Positions 1 to 12,980 of a DNA stretch of 64,000 nucleotides are shown in pieces. The notes beneath the pieces were generated by a model. It had not been told where the DNA came from. It ran no database searches and was given only the letters and a program-made list of their open reading frames with translations. Source of the stretch: Azolla caroliniana (Eukaryota; Plantae; Polypodiophyta); contig JBHGNT010000012.1 of assembly GCA_043228905.1 (NCBI GenBank), positions 9,300,001-9,364,000 of the forward strand, given 5' to 3'. Numbering within the stretch: position 1 is the stretch's first letter; every line of letters begins with the position of its first letter. Both the position numbers and the translations under genes were made by a program.

Positions 1-1022
1 TCATTGGGACCCAATACATAGTGAGGGAAAGAACATTGACAATTACTTAAATGATGTGTATAGACCTGAAGGACATTAGGAATCTGACCTTTATGGTCTG
101 CAGCTTTAGCTTTGTTGTCGTGCTCTTTCCGTTGGAGCTTTCGACATTGATCTTTTGTATGACCCTTCTTTTTGCAGAATACACAAAAAGGATGTTGTCG
201 CTTACAATCGCGATCCAGGAATTCGTTGGGTGTCTTGCGTTTCCCAACAAATTGCGACTGCTTAGTCCCGGGCGCTTCGTTGGGTTTGTTATGGTCCTTC
301 TTCGAAGTGCGTTGATAGCGAAGAACTATTTCAACGGCCTCTTCGAAGGATTTTGGATCCTTATCGTGCACTATCCAGTGATAGTCCGAATTGGGGATGC
401 CATTGACAAAACAAGCTATCAACCAATTGTCCCCTTCTAGACCCGATTTTTGGATTTGGGTTCTAGCATGGTGAACATAGTCTTCTAGCGAGGAAAATTT
501 CCTGCTAGAGAGGTTCATTAAAGCTTGTGCTGCCTCGGTTCGAGAGGGAGGTTGCAGAAATTGGCCCTTAAAAACCGTGACAAAATCTGTCCAGGTATCG
601 GGCAATTTCCCCATAGTACGGAGGCCACGCCACCAGGCGGCGGCCTTACCCCCGAGTTCTCGACCGACATATGCAATCTTCGTACTATCTGGCGTGGGAT
701 AGAGCTCAAAATGAGACTCCCATCGTCCCAGCCATGTGCAGATTGCTTCTTCGGTTCTTTCCTTTTTGTCTCCCGTAAATGGCTTAACGACAAATGATGG
801 TTCACCTTGTCGCTCATCAGGTCTATTAGTCTCACGTTGTAGACTAATGACACGTGCCTCAAGAGCACTCTGAGATTGCCGAAGTTCGGTCATCTGTTGA
901 GCGGTGAAACTAAGGTATTGGGTTATTTGTGCCAAATACATCTCAGTGGACATTTGTCCAGGAGGATTCCCCTGAGTTCCTTCCGCTTGAGCGGATGACA
1001 TCGGGTCGTTAATTTGAGCCAT
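1..1022 (-). CDS. gag: Gag(-pol) of A1, partial; frame open to the window edge
   Basis: Manual translation MAQINDPMSSAQAEG...[13 protein letters not shown]...[14 protein letters not shown] (CCHC knuckle). No stop before position 1. Confidence 0.9.
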   Translation of the reverse strand, partial: MAQINDPMSSAQAEGTQGNPPGQMSTEMYLAQITQYLSFTAQQMTELRQSQSALEARVISLQRETNRPDERQGEPSFVVKPFTGDKKERTEEAICTWLGRWESHFELYPTPDSTKIAYVGRELGGKAAAWWRGLRTMGKLPDTWTDFVTVFKGQFLQPPSRTEAAQALMNLSSRKFSSLEDYVHHARTQIQKSGLEGDNWLIACFVNGIPNSDYHWIVHDKDPKSFEEAVEIVLRYQRTSKKDHNKPNEAPGTKQSQFVGKRKTPNEFLDRDCKRQHPFCVFCKKKGHTKDQCRKLQRKEHDNKAKAADHKGQIPNVLQVYTHHLSNCQCSFPHYVLGPN

Positions 1023-2709
1023 TAAAGATTATTTCTGGAAAAGAAATAGGATAAGGTCAGAGATATAGTCATAACATCATGTCGTGATGTAAACATATCA
1101 TGGGCGAGCATTAATCGATATCATTATCTCACGTCAATACCCCTCTAGACGTATGAGATAAGGTTCAAGATCAGGTTACTATGGTAACACAAAGGTGTTT
1201 TAAAAACCATGGGGGTGACAAATAAATGTCTTTCCCTGATCTCTATATCAATTTTTTCATGGTGGCTCCCCGAGGCTCAACCATGTATGTTCGCGTCATG
1301 AATAGTTTATACACGAAAAAAATGTTAACAATAAACTATGTTTCGGTGCCCACATAAGTGGTTTCGGCTCTTTAAGTCCTATTACGAGGACCCCGAGGTG
1401 CACTTAGACCTTAAGTCTAAACATGTGTTATAGTCATATGTATCAAGGATGTTGTATGGTCTTGGTCATATTTGAACTCGAGACCTCGAGAACAAATACA
1501 TTAAACACTTGAGCCAACCAAGTAAGTTGCTCTTCTCGAATGCTTAATGTTTGATGCGTATAAGAGATATGCGAGGCAATTGATCATATACGTTTTTTTA
1601 AAAGAACATATATGTCAAGGGTCCTTATTTCGCCCTCATTTACCAAAACTATGTTGATACGTTACCTAACCTCAAGTCTCGTAATTACGATGGCATATGC
1701 CAAAGGGCAACCTAATGGTCAAGCCAAATGAGCCCTCGTTTCGTAGTAGGCTCACGTGGGCCATCACATGGTCACGTCATTACGAATGCCTCTCGTAAGA
1801 ACGAGCTCATGGTGGCATCGTATCCATGTAACGAGGGAGGGATGTTGGATACGTGCGTCATTGGAGCGACCTCACTTGAAGTGGGTCAAGCCCTACGTAC
1901 TCAACATCATTATGGCTATTGCGTTTCTTTACGTAACGAAATCGAGGTCATCAACGGGGTTGTCAACAATAAAAAATTGTTGAAAAAGGAATGGTGACAA
2001 CGCCATTCTCACAAAAATGTGAGGACGGCCACCAACATCCTTTTCCCGACCATGACAACTTTCGACATAATCACGTAATAACGAATATACACATATGTTT
2101 ACTTTTCACATATATACGATCAAATACGTATATATGTGACCACATATGCCTATATTAAACATATCGTTATATTAAATAGCCACAAATGATGTGATCGAGA
2201 TACGTACTCGAGGTATATACCTCTACGCACACGAAACATCCACAAATAAGAGATCATCGTAATACGCAATGGAGGTATTGACCTCTTACGCATACGAGAC
2301 CAAACGCATATCGTTTACAACAAATTAAGGTATTAAACTCATACGCAAACGTAACATATGTTCGTGAACGTAATACGTAATTGAGGTATTAACCTCGTAC
2401 GCATACGACACTCATCACATATTATTAATATGTCAAACGAGGTATTGACCTCGTGCACATATGTAAACGTTTTAGATAATCAATTAAAGACCACTACAAC
2501 ATCATTGATTTAATGAAAAAAATTACATATAAACTAAACACATGATTAGATGGGAGAAGAGAGAATAGAAAGAAAAATTAAGGAAAGAGTTACCGAAGTT
2601 CTTTGTTGATCGTTGTCTGGATCAAGGCCAACCGCACAACGATCGATCAGCATCAATCAAAAGACAAATGAAAAACAAAGAAACATTAGTAAAAAAATCT
2701 GATACCAAA

Positions 2710-3164
2710 TATTATAGATCATAGTACTAATGTAAGCTTAAGATAAGGATAAAGAAATGAAAGATAGAAAGGAGAAAGAGAAAGAAGGGTGCCGATCCAC
2801 CCGACCACCCCCGAGCGAAGGGATCGAGACGGACTCGAGCCTCGATCGGCGTCCCATACCACCGCCGTGGCGTCGAGTCGTACCTGGTGCTGGCGCGCTC
2901 GCTACAAGAGTTGACCCACCACACGAGCAGAGTCTCGATGTAGTGAAAAGATGATCAAATGAGGGTAGCTAGGCCTCTTATTTATAGCGATACCCAAGGC
3001 CCCCAGGCAAGTTCACACTTGACCTAATGGGTTGTCTCAATCCCGAGGATTAAAAGTAATCCTCCCCTTCTTTACACTCTCATTTAACCCTCACACTTAT
3101 CCACGTGTATAGAATACTACGGTAAATTCTTACCACGGGATATTATATGGTCATGCCCGTAACA
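2710..3164 (-). repeat. 5' LTR of A1
   Basis: About 455 bp, homologous to the LTRs at 3536, 9327, 19642 and 26487. Contains a TATAAATA box. Confidence 0.95.
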
Positions 3165-4250
3165 GGTACCATGTACACGTGTTCCTCAAGTTCTCCTTGC
3201 AGGAAGGCATTCTTTACATCCATTTGATGTAAATGCCACCCCTTTACCGCGGCTACTGCAAGCAGGACACGGGCAATTGTCATCTTCGTGACAGGCACAA
3301 AGGTCTCATCGTAGTCGATGTCGTGTTGTTGTGCGTAACCCTTTGCTACTAGCCGGGCCTTGTAGCGGTTGGGAGAGCCGTTGGTGTTGTACTTGACCTT
3401 GTACACCCACCTGCATCCAATCGGCTTTACACCCTTCACAACGTCAACTAGGTTCCAACTTTCATTTTCCACTAATGTGTGCATCTCTTCATCTCTTGCG
3501 GCACGCCAAATTGCATCCTTCACCGCTTCTGTGTATGTTACGGGCATGACCATATAATATCCCGCGGTCAGAATTTACCGTAGTATTCTATACACGTGGA
3601 TAAGTGTGAGGGTTAAACAAGAGTGTAAAGAAGAGGAGGATTACTTTTAATCCTCCAGATTGAGACAACCCATTAGGCCAAGTGTGAACATGGCTGGGGG
3701 CCTTGGGTATCACTATAAATAAGAGGCCTAGCTACCCTCATTTGATCATCTTGTTGACTACGTCGAGACTTTGTCTTGTGGTGGGTCAACTCTTGTAGTG
3801 AGCACGCCAACACCAGGTACGACTCGATGCCACTATGGTGGTATGGGACGCCGATCGAGGCTCGAGTCCCTCTCGATCCCTTTGCTTGGGGGTGGTCGGG
3901 TGGATCGACACCCTTCTTTCTCTCTCTCCTTTCTATCTAGATCTATATTCTATCCTTATCTAATGCTTACATTAGTCCATGTCTCTAAAAGTTGGTATCA
4001 GAGCTCATTTTCTAATGTGTCTTTTGTTGTGTTTTGTGTTCTTGACTAATGGCGATTGATCTACGTGCGGTCGGCCTTCATGCAGACAAGGATCAACAAG
4101 GGAACTTCGGTAATCTTTCTTGTTTTTTTTTGTCTATTTTTTCTTCTCCCATCTAATCATGTGTATGGTTAATATGTAGATTTTTTTCATTAATTCAATG
4201 ATGTTGTAGTGGTAATTCATTGGTTGTATAAAACGTTTGCATATGTGTAT

Positions 4251-4493
4251 GAGGTCAATACCTCATTTGACGTATATTGAATATGTGATGAGTGTCGTAT
4301 GCACACGAGGTTAATACCTCAATTGCCTATTACGTTCACAAACATATGTTACGTTTGCGTATGAGGTCAATACCTCGATTCGTTGTAAATGATATGTGTT
4401 TTGTCTCGTATGCGTAAGAGGTCAATACCTCAATTGCGTATTACAATTAACCCTTATTTTTGGATATCTCGTGTGCGTAGAGGTATATGCCTC
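4251..4493 (+). repeat. Spaced palindromic motif array GAGGT-N4-ACCTC x5 in the A2 leader; also at 2210-2452 (A1) and 20361-20603 (A3)
   Basis: Motif starts at 4251, 4307, 4363, 4418 and 4480 (spacing 56, 56, 55, 62). The sequence between motifs is diverged. Confidence 0.85.
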
Positions 4494-5688
4494 GATTATG
4501 TATCTTGATTACGTCATTTTTGGCTATTAAATATAACGATTTGTTTAATATAGGCATATGTGGTCACGTGTATATGTAGTTGATTGTATATATGTGATAA
4601 TATACATATGTGTATATAGGTTATTATGTGAATTTAAATCGAATGTTTTCCTTTTCTGGGAAAGGATCTTGGTGGCCATCCTCACATTTTTGTGAGAATA
4701 GCGTTGTCACCATCCCTTTTTTCAACAATGTTTTTATTGTTGAAATCCCCGTTGGTGACTTCGATATTTCGTTACGTAAAGAAACGCCTATAGCCATAAT
4801 GATGTTGAGTACGTAGAGCTTGACCCACTTCATGTGAGTTCGCTCCTATGACACACGTATCCAACATCCCTCCCTCATTACATGGATATGATGCCACCAT
4901 GAGATCATTCTTACAAGAGGCATTCATAATGATGTGACCATGTGATGGGCCACGTGTGCCTACTATGAAAAGAGGGCTCATTTGGCTTGACCATTAGGTT
5001 GCACTTTGGCATATGCCATCGTAATTACGAGACTTGAGGTTAGGTAACGTACTAACATGGTTGTAGTAAATGAGGGCGAAATAAGGACTCTTGACATATA
5101 TGTTTCTTTTAAAAAACATATATGGGCACATGCCTTGCATATCTCTTATACGCATGAATCATTAAACATTCAAAGAAGAGCAATCTACTTGGTTGGCTCA
5201 AGTGTTTAATGTATTTGTTCTCGAGGTCTCATGTTCAAATATGACCAAGAACATACAACATCGTTGATACATATGACTATAACACATGTTTAGACTTAAG
5301 GTCTAAGTGCACTTTGGGGTCCTCGTCATAGGACTTAAAGAGCCGAAACCACATATATGGGCAAAGAAACATAGTTTATTGTTAACATTTTTTTCGTGTA
5401 TAAACTATTCATGACGTGAACATACATAGTTGAGCCTCGGGGAGCTGCCATGAAAAAATCGATATAGAGATCAGGGAAATACATTAATTTGTCACCCCCA
5501 TGGTTTTTAAAACACCTTTGTGTTAGCATAGTAACTTAATCTTGAACCTCATCTCATACGTCTAGAAGGGTATTGACGTGAGATAATGATATTGATTAAT
5601 GTTCGCCCATGATATGTTTACATCACGACATGATGTTATGACTATCTCTCTGACCTTATCCTATTTCTTTTCCAGAAATAATCATTTA

Positions 5689-8600
5689 ATGGCTCAAAAT
5701 AATGACTCGATGCCATCCGCTCAAGCGGAAGGAACTCAAGGAAATCCTCCTGGACAAATGTCCATTGAGATGTACTTTTCGCAAATAACCCAATACCTTA
5801 GTTTCACCGCTCAACAGATAACTGAACTTCAACAATCTCAAAGTGCTCTTGAGGCACGTGTCATTAGTTTACAACGTGAGACTAATAGACCTGATGAGTG
5901 ACAAGGTGAACCATCGTTTGTCGTTAAGCCATTTACGGGAGAAAAAAAGGAAAGAATCGAAGAAGCAATCTGCACGTGGCTGGGCCGATGGGAGTCTCCT
6001 TTTGAGCTCTCTCCCACGCCAGATAGTACGAAGATTGCATATGTCGACCGAGAACTCGGGGGTAAGGCTGCCGCCTAGTGGCGTGGGCTCCGTACTATGG
6101 GGAAATTGCCCGATACCTGGACAAATTTTGTCACGGTTTTTAAGGGCCAATTTCTGCAACCTCCCTCTCGAACCGAGGCAGCACAAGCTTTAATGAACCT
6201 CTCTAGCAGTAAATTTTCCTCGCTAGAAGACTATGTTCACCATGCTAGAAGCCAAATCCAAAAATCGGGTCTAGAATGGGACAATTGGTTGATAGCTTGT
6301 TTTCTCAATGGCATCCCCAATTCGGACTATCACTAGATAGTGCACGATAAGGATCCAAAATCCTTCGAAGAGGCCGTTGAAATAGTTCTTCGCTATCAAC
6401 ACACTTCGAAGAAGGACCACAACAAACCCAACGAAGCGCCTGGGACTAAGCAGTCGCAATTCGTTGGGAAACGCAAGACACCCAACGAATTCATGGATCG
6501 CGATTGTAAGCGACAACATCCTTTTTGCGTATTCTGCAAAAAGAAGGGTCATATAAAAGATCAATGTCGAAAGCTCCAACGGAAAGAGCACGACAACAAA
6601 GCTAAAGTTGCAGACCATAAAGGTCAGATTCCTAATGTCCTTCAGGTCTATACACATCATTTAAGTAATTGTCAATGTTCTTTCCCTCACTATGTATTGG
6701 GTCCCAATGATTTACTACGTGCAAACGGGTATATCAATGGATCTCCCGTACAAATTTTATTTGATTCGGGAAGCTCACACAATTTTGTGAATGATCGTTT
6801 GGTTCAGATATGGGGAATCCAACCCACCGTATGTGATCACACCTACACGGTGCACTTGGCTGATGGAAGAGTACAATACATCAACGGGGCGATTCATTCA
6901 TTAGGAATTTCTATTGATACTTATATAGAGGAAGTAGACTTCCATGTAATGAATCTTTGTACCACGCATGTAATACTAGGTTATCCCTGGTTCTATAATA
7001 AAAGCTCTTCTTTATCTATTGATTGGGTTCATCATTCAATTACATTTGTACTGAACGACTATACTCATTTTATTCAATGTGTAAAAAAACAATCCCTCTC
7101 GATTGTTTCCTCTCCATCAATATCCGAGTTGTCTTGTTCTACTTTATTTGATTGTGTACTTGCTCCAGACATTCACATTTAGAATATCGATAATGTCTTG
7201 GTTCAATTAACATATTTTGAACAACAACAACTTGATGAAATTTTAAATGATTTTCGTGATGTTTTAACGAGTGAACTACCATATAGGTTACCTCCTAAAC
7301 GTAATATAGACCATCATATAGATATTGTACCTGGCGTTGCACCAATAAGTATACCTCCTTATTTCTTAAGTCGATCCGAAGAGGATGAGGTATCTAAGCA
7401 ACTCAAGGACTATTTATGAATGGGTTACATACATTATAGTAAATCTCCATGGGGTGCACGAGTTCTCTTGGTTAAAAAGAAAGAGGGCACTTGGCGTATG
7501 TGTATTAATTACCGAAGCTTGAATAAAGTGACGATCAAGAATTCGTATCCATTGCCCCGGCCTTATATTAAGATGGTAAACCAATAACATTTGAGAGTAA
7601 GAAACTTGATTCTACTCAATGTTGGTATATCGTTCAAGAAAGGAATTATTTGCAGTTATACATGCGCTCAAAACATGGTGCCATTATCTTTATGGAAATC
7701 GCTTTGTGGTAACTACGGACCACGAGTCCTTGAAATATTTTTGTGACCAACAAGGCCTGAAAGGTCGTAAGGCACGATGGGTTCATCTCATCCAGGACTT
7801 TGATTTTTCCATACGATATCGTAAAGGTTCCATGAACACTGTCGCTGATGCATTAAGTCGCATCCGTGAAGTTAACATGCTTAGCTTCACTAAAATATCA
7901 TCTGATCTTTATCGTCAACTTCGAGGAAAGTATCCTGATGATAGTTATTTTGCAAAATACTGGGCAAGAGTTGAGTCTGGAACAGACACCACCACATCCT
8001 CGAAGGAATACTTCCACATTGCTAACGGTCTGCTCTACTGTAATGGGAAGGTTTGTGTTCCAGATTTACCGAGGTCAAAAAGACGATTCCTTTTTAATGC
8101 CATGATGCACCCTCAGCAGGGCACCCTAGAATACATCGTACACTCGTTCTCATCTCCACTCAATTTTATTGGCCTAGATGCGTCCTGACATACATAACTA
8201 TGTGACTAAATGTCACCAATGTCAGGTTAACAAAGCCGAGCGACTTAAAGCCGCAGGAATTTTACATCCCTTGGACATTCCTAATAATAAGTGGGAAAGT
8301 ATATCCATGAATTTTATTGTTAGCCTTCCTCGCACCCAAAAAGGCCATGATGCCATCTGGGTTGTGGTTGATAGACTAACTAAAATGGCCAGATTTATTG
8401 CTACTAAAACCATGGTAACAGCTCCTAAATTGGCTTACCAATTCGTTGACGAGTTATTTCATTTTTATGGGTTACCAATGGATATCGTGAGTGATCAAGA
8501 TCCAAAGTTTACTAGTGACTTCTGGACGCAAGTCTTCAAGAAGTTAGAAACTACATTGAGCATGACCTCCACGGATCATCCTCAATCCGATGGAGAGACA

Positions 8601-9340
8601 GAACCAGTAAATCAAATTATTGAGGACACGCTTCGAGCATACGTTGGTACAAAACCAACCAAATGGGAATGTTACCTCCCAATTTTGGAGTTTGCTTATA
8701 ACAGCTCCAAGCATACGTTGACGGGATATAGTCCTTTTATGTTGATGTATGGTTTTTAGCCACGAACCCCGATTGATGTTAATATACATCATGATGAGTT
8801 GCAAAGTACACAAAACTTTCTTCGGGATATGCAAGATATGTTGCATATTGCATGAGATAATATAAAAATAGTTCAAGATAGAGCACGTTTTTATGCCGAT
8901 CATTATAGGCAACCTCATGTATTCAACCTTGGACAAAAGGTATTTTTACAGTCAAACGGTTTTTTGGACCATTTACAGTCCTCAAACGCATTGGGTCATC
9001 AGCCTATCATCTTGCTCTTCCCTATGGTGTTGGAATTCATCCAGTCTTTCATGTGAGTCGTCTAAAAGAACTTCTAGGTTCCGGTGACAATACAGTTACA
9101 ACTGAAACTCTGGTCACTTCTGAAGATTTATCTTCTAAACCACATGTACTAGAAAGAATTCTCGATGTTAAAACAACAAAATTACGTAATAAAGAAATCC
9201 GAGAATTTAAAATAAAATGGATGGCTAAATCAATAAAAGATGCCACATGGGAACGCGAAAATACTCTCAGAACTAACTTCCCTAACTTTCCATTGCAAGA
9301 GTGCAATGTTTTAAAGAGGGGGAGTATGTTACGGGCATGA
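5689..9340 (+). pseudogene. pol: A2 gag-pol pseudogene (gag, PR, partial RT/RNase H, IN, chromodomain)
   Basis: CCHC knuckle, [15 protein letters not shown] (DIVSDQD...), chromodomain ERILDVK...EFKIKW...DATWE. Several stops. About 0.7 kb of RT core is missing at ~7560 relative to A3. Confidence 0.93.
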
Positions 9341-12300
9341 CCATATAATATCCCGTGGTGAGAATTTACCGTAGTATTCTATACACGTGGATAAGTGTGA
9401 GGGTTAAACAAGAGTGTAAAGAAGGGGAGGATTACTTTTAATCCTCAGGATTGAGACAACCCATTAGGCCAAGTGTGAACATGACTGGGGGCCTTGGGTA
9501 TCGCTATAAATAAGAGGCCTAGCTACCCTCATTTGATCATCTTGTTGACTACGTCGAGACGCTGTCTTGTGGTTGGTCAACTCTTGTACCGAGCGCGCCA
9601 GCACCAGGTACGACTCGACGCCACGACGGTGGTATGGGACGTTGATCGAGGCTCGAGTCCATCTCGATCCCTTCGCTTGGGGGTAGTCGGGTCGATTGGC
9701 ACCCTTCTTTCTCTCTCTCCTTTCTATCTATCTATCTATATTCTATCCTTATCTAATGCTTACATTAGTCTATGTCTCTAAAAGCGTAGCTCTCCGGCTC
9801 ACGCACTTTTGCTACTCGCGTCATGTACGCATAATGATGCGCCAGGTACTCGTTGTATCCGAACCGCACCACGGGGTTCTTCTGGCGGGTAGATCGGCGT
9901 AATTGGATATTAGCCGATTTTGAGGCACTCTTGGCCAATACAGACTTTGCTTCGGGTTTAGGGTTTCTTTATTAGTGCCATACTCCAACATCTTCTTCTT
10001 TCCCTTCTCTTCGCACGTAAGCTGTCATCTTGACTTCCGGCACGGGGATTGCACGGGCGAGTCTCCACTACTCGCCAGCTCTACGTCTGACTTGTCATGC
10101 CGACTCAGTCGCTCATTCGGCTCTGTTAGCCTGAATGAGATCGGTTTCTCTTCAGGAGCTCCGATGTTTTCTTCGTCTTGAGGCATTTCAGCCTTGCTGA
10201 CCTCTTCGTCAGAGATCGGAATGGAGTCGTTAGGGGTTGGTGGCGAAGGCAAGTACCATGATGCGGACTCATCAAACACAACACCACGACTTATGCGAGC
10301 TTGTTTGGTTTGGGGGTTATAACACTTACAACCCTTCTATTCGTCCGAGTAGCCAACCAAGATACACTTCTCGGCTTTGGTGTCCAGCTTCCTCTGTTTC
10401 TCCTTCGGCACATGCACATACGCGATGCTACCGAAAAGCCTCAAGTGTGCCAAGTTCGTCTTCTTCTTGAAGTACAACTCATGCAGAGACACTCCTCCAT
10501 TGGCAGATGCCCGATTCCTGAGGTAGATAGCTATTCTGATTGCTTCGGCCTATTAGAACTTCGGCACATGCTTCTCTTCAAGCATTTCCCTTGCCGCCAC
10601 TTCTATCGTTCGATTCTTCCTGTCGGCCACGTCGTTCTGCTGCGGCGTGTATCTACACGAGAATTCGCTCCTTCTATAGATAACTTGAGAACTGGTCGGA
10701 GAAGTACTTCTTCCCGCCATCGGACCTTAGACACTTGATCTTTCGCCCAGTTTCCCTTTCTGCAAGGCTCTTCACCGTCAGGAAACACACGAAGACTTCG
10801 CTCTTTTTCGCGATCAAGTACACCTAAGTGTGTCGAGTGAAGTCATCGATGAAGGTTACAAAGTAACGGATTCTTCCAATGCTCACGTTCTATGCCGATC
10901 CCCATACATCCAAATGGATCACATCGAGTGTATTTCAACTCCGATTACGCTCGTTGGGGAATGGAAGTCGGTGTTGCTTCCCGAGCTGGCAAGCTTCGCA
11001 GACTTGGTCGTTCCAGCCACTAAATTTCGGCAATCCGAAAACAATGTTCTTCGTTTGCATTTCACGAAGCAGCTGGAAGTTAACATGGCCGAACCGCTTG
11101 TGCCATAGGTTGATGTCCGCCTCAACCTTCTGTCCTTTCACAAACAACACGGTTCCGACCTCATTGGTGTTGAGGATGAACATCCTCCCTTCTCGACGCC
11201 CTTGCGCAATCACTTTGCCTTGTTCTTCAATGTAGCAACCAAGATGCGTGAATCGAACTTGCATCCCCTGGTCGAAGATCTGTCCAACCGACACCAGGTT
11301 CTTCGTTATTGTCGGGACGTGTAGCACGTTCATGAGTTTCCGTTTTTGCCCGACTTGGCTGAGGGGAACTTCTCCGACATGTTCGATGGTATGTGGAGTG
11401 TTGTCTCCAGTTTCGACCACTCCTTGTTTTTCCAGTTTCTCCAAGTACGAGAACCATTCCTCGTGACTCATCATATGATTTGACACTCCGGAGTCAACAT
11501 ACCACACCTCGTTTGGTTTCGAGGTGTTCACCGCCATCGAGTTGGCCTTGTGCTTCATTATGAAGGCTAGGCCTGATCCATTTTTGGCGCGTTCGGAGCA
11601 ATCGGCGTAGTGCGATCGCTGTCGATTTCCTTGTTCGGTCCGCCAAGATCCGGATGCGGTTTTCTCCGAATCGGCGCATTGCTTCCAGCACTTGCTCTCC
11701 CTATGGCCTTTCTTGCCACATTACCAGTATTCCGTGACGGGTTTTCCTTGCCAGTTTCCGGCGCCGCCTCGACTCCCCCTACTTCCGGAGTGTTCAGAAC
11801 TACTGTTGGCATTACGATCATGCCTTCCATCTTGCTCCTATCGGCTGCCTCCATTGCGTGCCAGCTCGCCTCGTCCTCCACGACCACGAGGGCTATCTTC
11901 CTCCGTATACAACATCTTGCTATTAGCGTGCGTACTCGTCGATGCACCCGCGTGGTTCTCCTCTACACTAGGAGCATCGACTGTAAGTTAGCCATGTATT
12001 CTCCCTCATACAGACCGCAGTTCGGAAAGCTCTGAACTTCGACGCTAACCCTCTGAGGCAGACATGCACCATTTCATCCTCCTCGACGTTTACATCAACA
12101 GAGGCCAGAGAGTCGCAGATATCCTTGATCTTGGAGGTGTAGTCCGCCACTGACATATCGCGTTGTCGAACATTGCTCAGCTCTTGCTGGACTTGGAGCT
12201 TTCTGGTTGTGGTGCTCACGGTGAAAATCTTTTTCAGATTTCCCTAAGCATCCTTCGGCGTCTTCACATCCCGAATGTAGCTTAGAAGTTGATCACTCAC

Positions 12301-12599
12301 TGAGGATGCAAAGCAGTAGACAACTCTGCTTGCCGCCTGCTCCCAAGCCAGGAAATCTCTGTGTGTCGATTCGGGTGTTGCATCATTAGCTCCATCAACA
12401 TAACTCCAATAACCATGCTCGAGTAGGTACTAGTGCATCTTGTACGACCAAGATGCGTAGTTGTTTCTATCGAGCTTCTCTGTTGGAAGCGAGCTAGCCA
12501 TTCCTTTGTCCATTCTTTTCGTCTTCTATTCTTTCACCATTATTAGGGTTTGTCTGTTTGTCGGTAGTAGAGGATCTCAACCATTGCGCTCTGATATCA

Positions 12600-12980
12600 T
12601 GTAAAATAATATGTGCGGTAGCTAAACAGACACAACCGGGTAACAACAGACACAGACAAAGAAGATGAGGAAGGTTTAATGGAAAGCTTAATCAACACTA
12701 TGTGCGCAGGAGAGACAGAGAGTGCATAACATAGAAAACTCTATTCCAAAACAATACTCTTAAACTCTGTACATAGGATGTGCTCAAAGAGCACTTTTAT
12801 ATAAGTCCATACGGACTGACAGAAGTACTGACACATACTTCAATGCTCATCAATGAGCCTCTACAGTAACACCCAAAATATATTCCTCTGCAGAATATCT
12901 GTCCAACGGCCTCCCGGTTTACGCACCCAGTCTACGCAATGGTTTACGCACCCAATGTTGAGCTTGTATCTCACTCAACA
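12600..12980 (-). repeat. 5' LTR of Copia C1
   Basis: Reads TGTTGAG...TTTACA on the minus strand, followed directly by PBS TGATATCAGAGC (one mismatch to the iMet type). The partner LTR is outside the window. Confidence 0.8.

Larger units (their letters stand above)
1..3164 (-). mobile_element. Chromovirus Ty3/Gypsy copy A1: 5' LTR, leader and gag; runs off the left edge
   Basis: Reverse complement of A2/A3. LTR 2710-3164 begins TGTTACGGGC on the minus strand. PBS TGGTATCAGA (tRNA-iMet type) at 2698-2707. Inserted in the RT of Copia C1. Confidence 0.95.
3536..9783 (+). mobile_element. Chromovirus Gypsy copy A2, both ends present, RT deleted
   Basis: LTRs 3536-3990 and 9327-9783. PBS TGGTATCAGAGC at 3993-4004. 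PPT AAAGAGGGGGAG at 9313-9324. TSD GTGTA/GCGTA (one mismatch). Confidence 0.96.
3165..12980 (-). mobile_element. Ty1/Copia element C1, decayed and interrupted by A2 and A1
   Basis: Copia domain order: gag (12513, MDKGMASSLPTEKLDRNNYASW), PR (WYVDSGVSNHM), GAG-pre-integrase (LWHKRFGHVN), IN, then RT (EPESY|AEAV split by A2; CRWVYKVK...[11 protein letters not shown]...QMDVKNAFL at 3165-3535). Many stops and frameshifts. Confidence 0.93.

Noticed and set aside
4251-4493. CRISPR array
   Set aside because: The repeat core is only 14 bp and degenerate, the spacers are the same in all three element copies, there are no cas genes, and the context is a eukaryotic retrotransposon.
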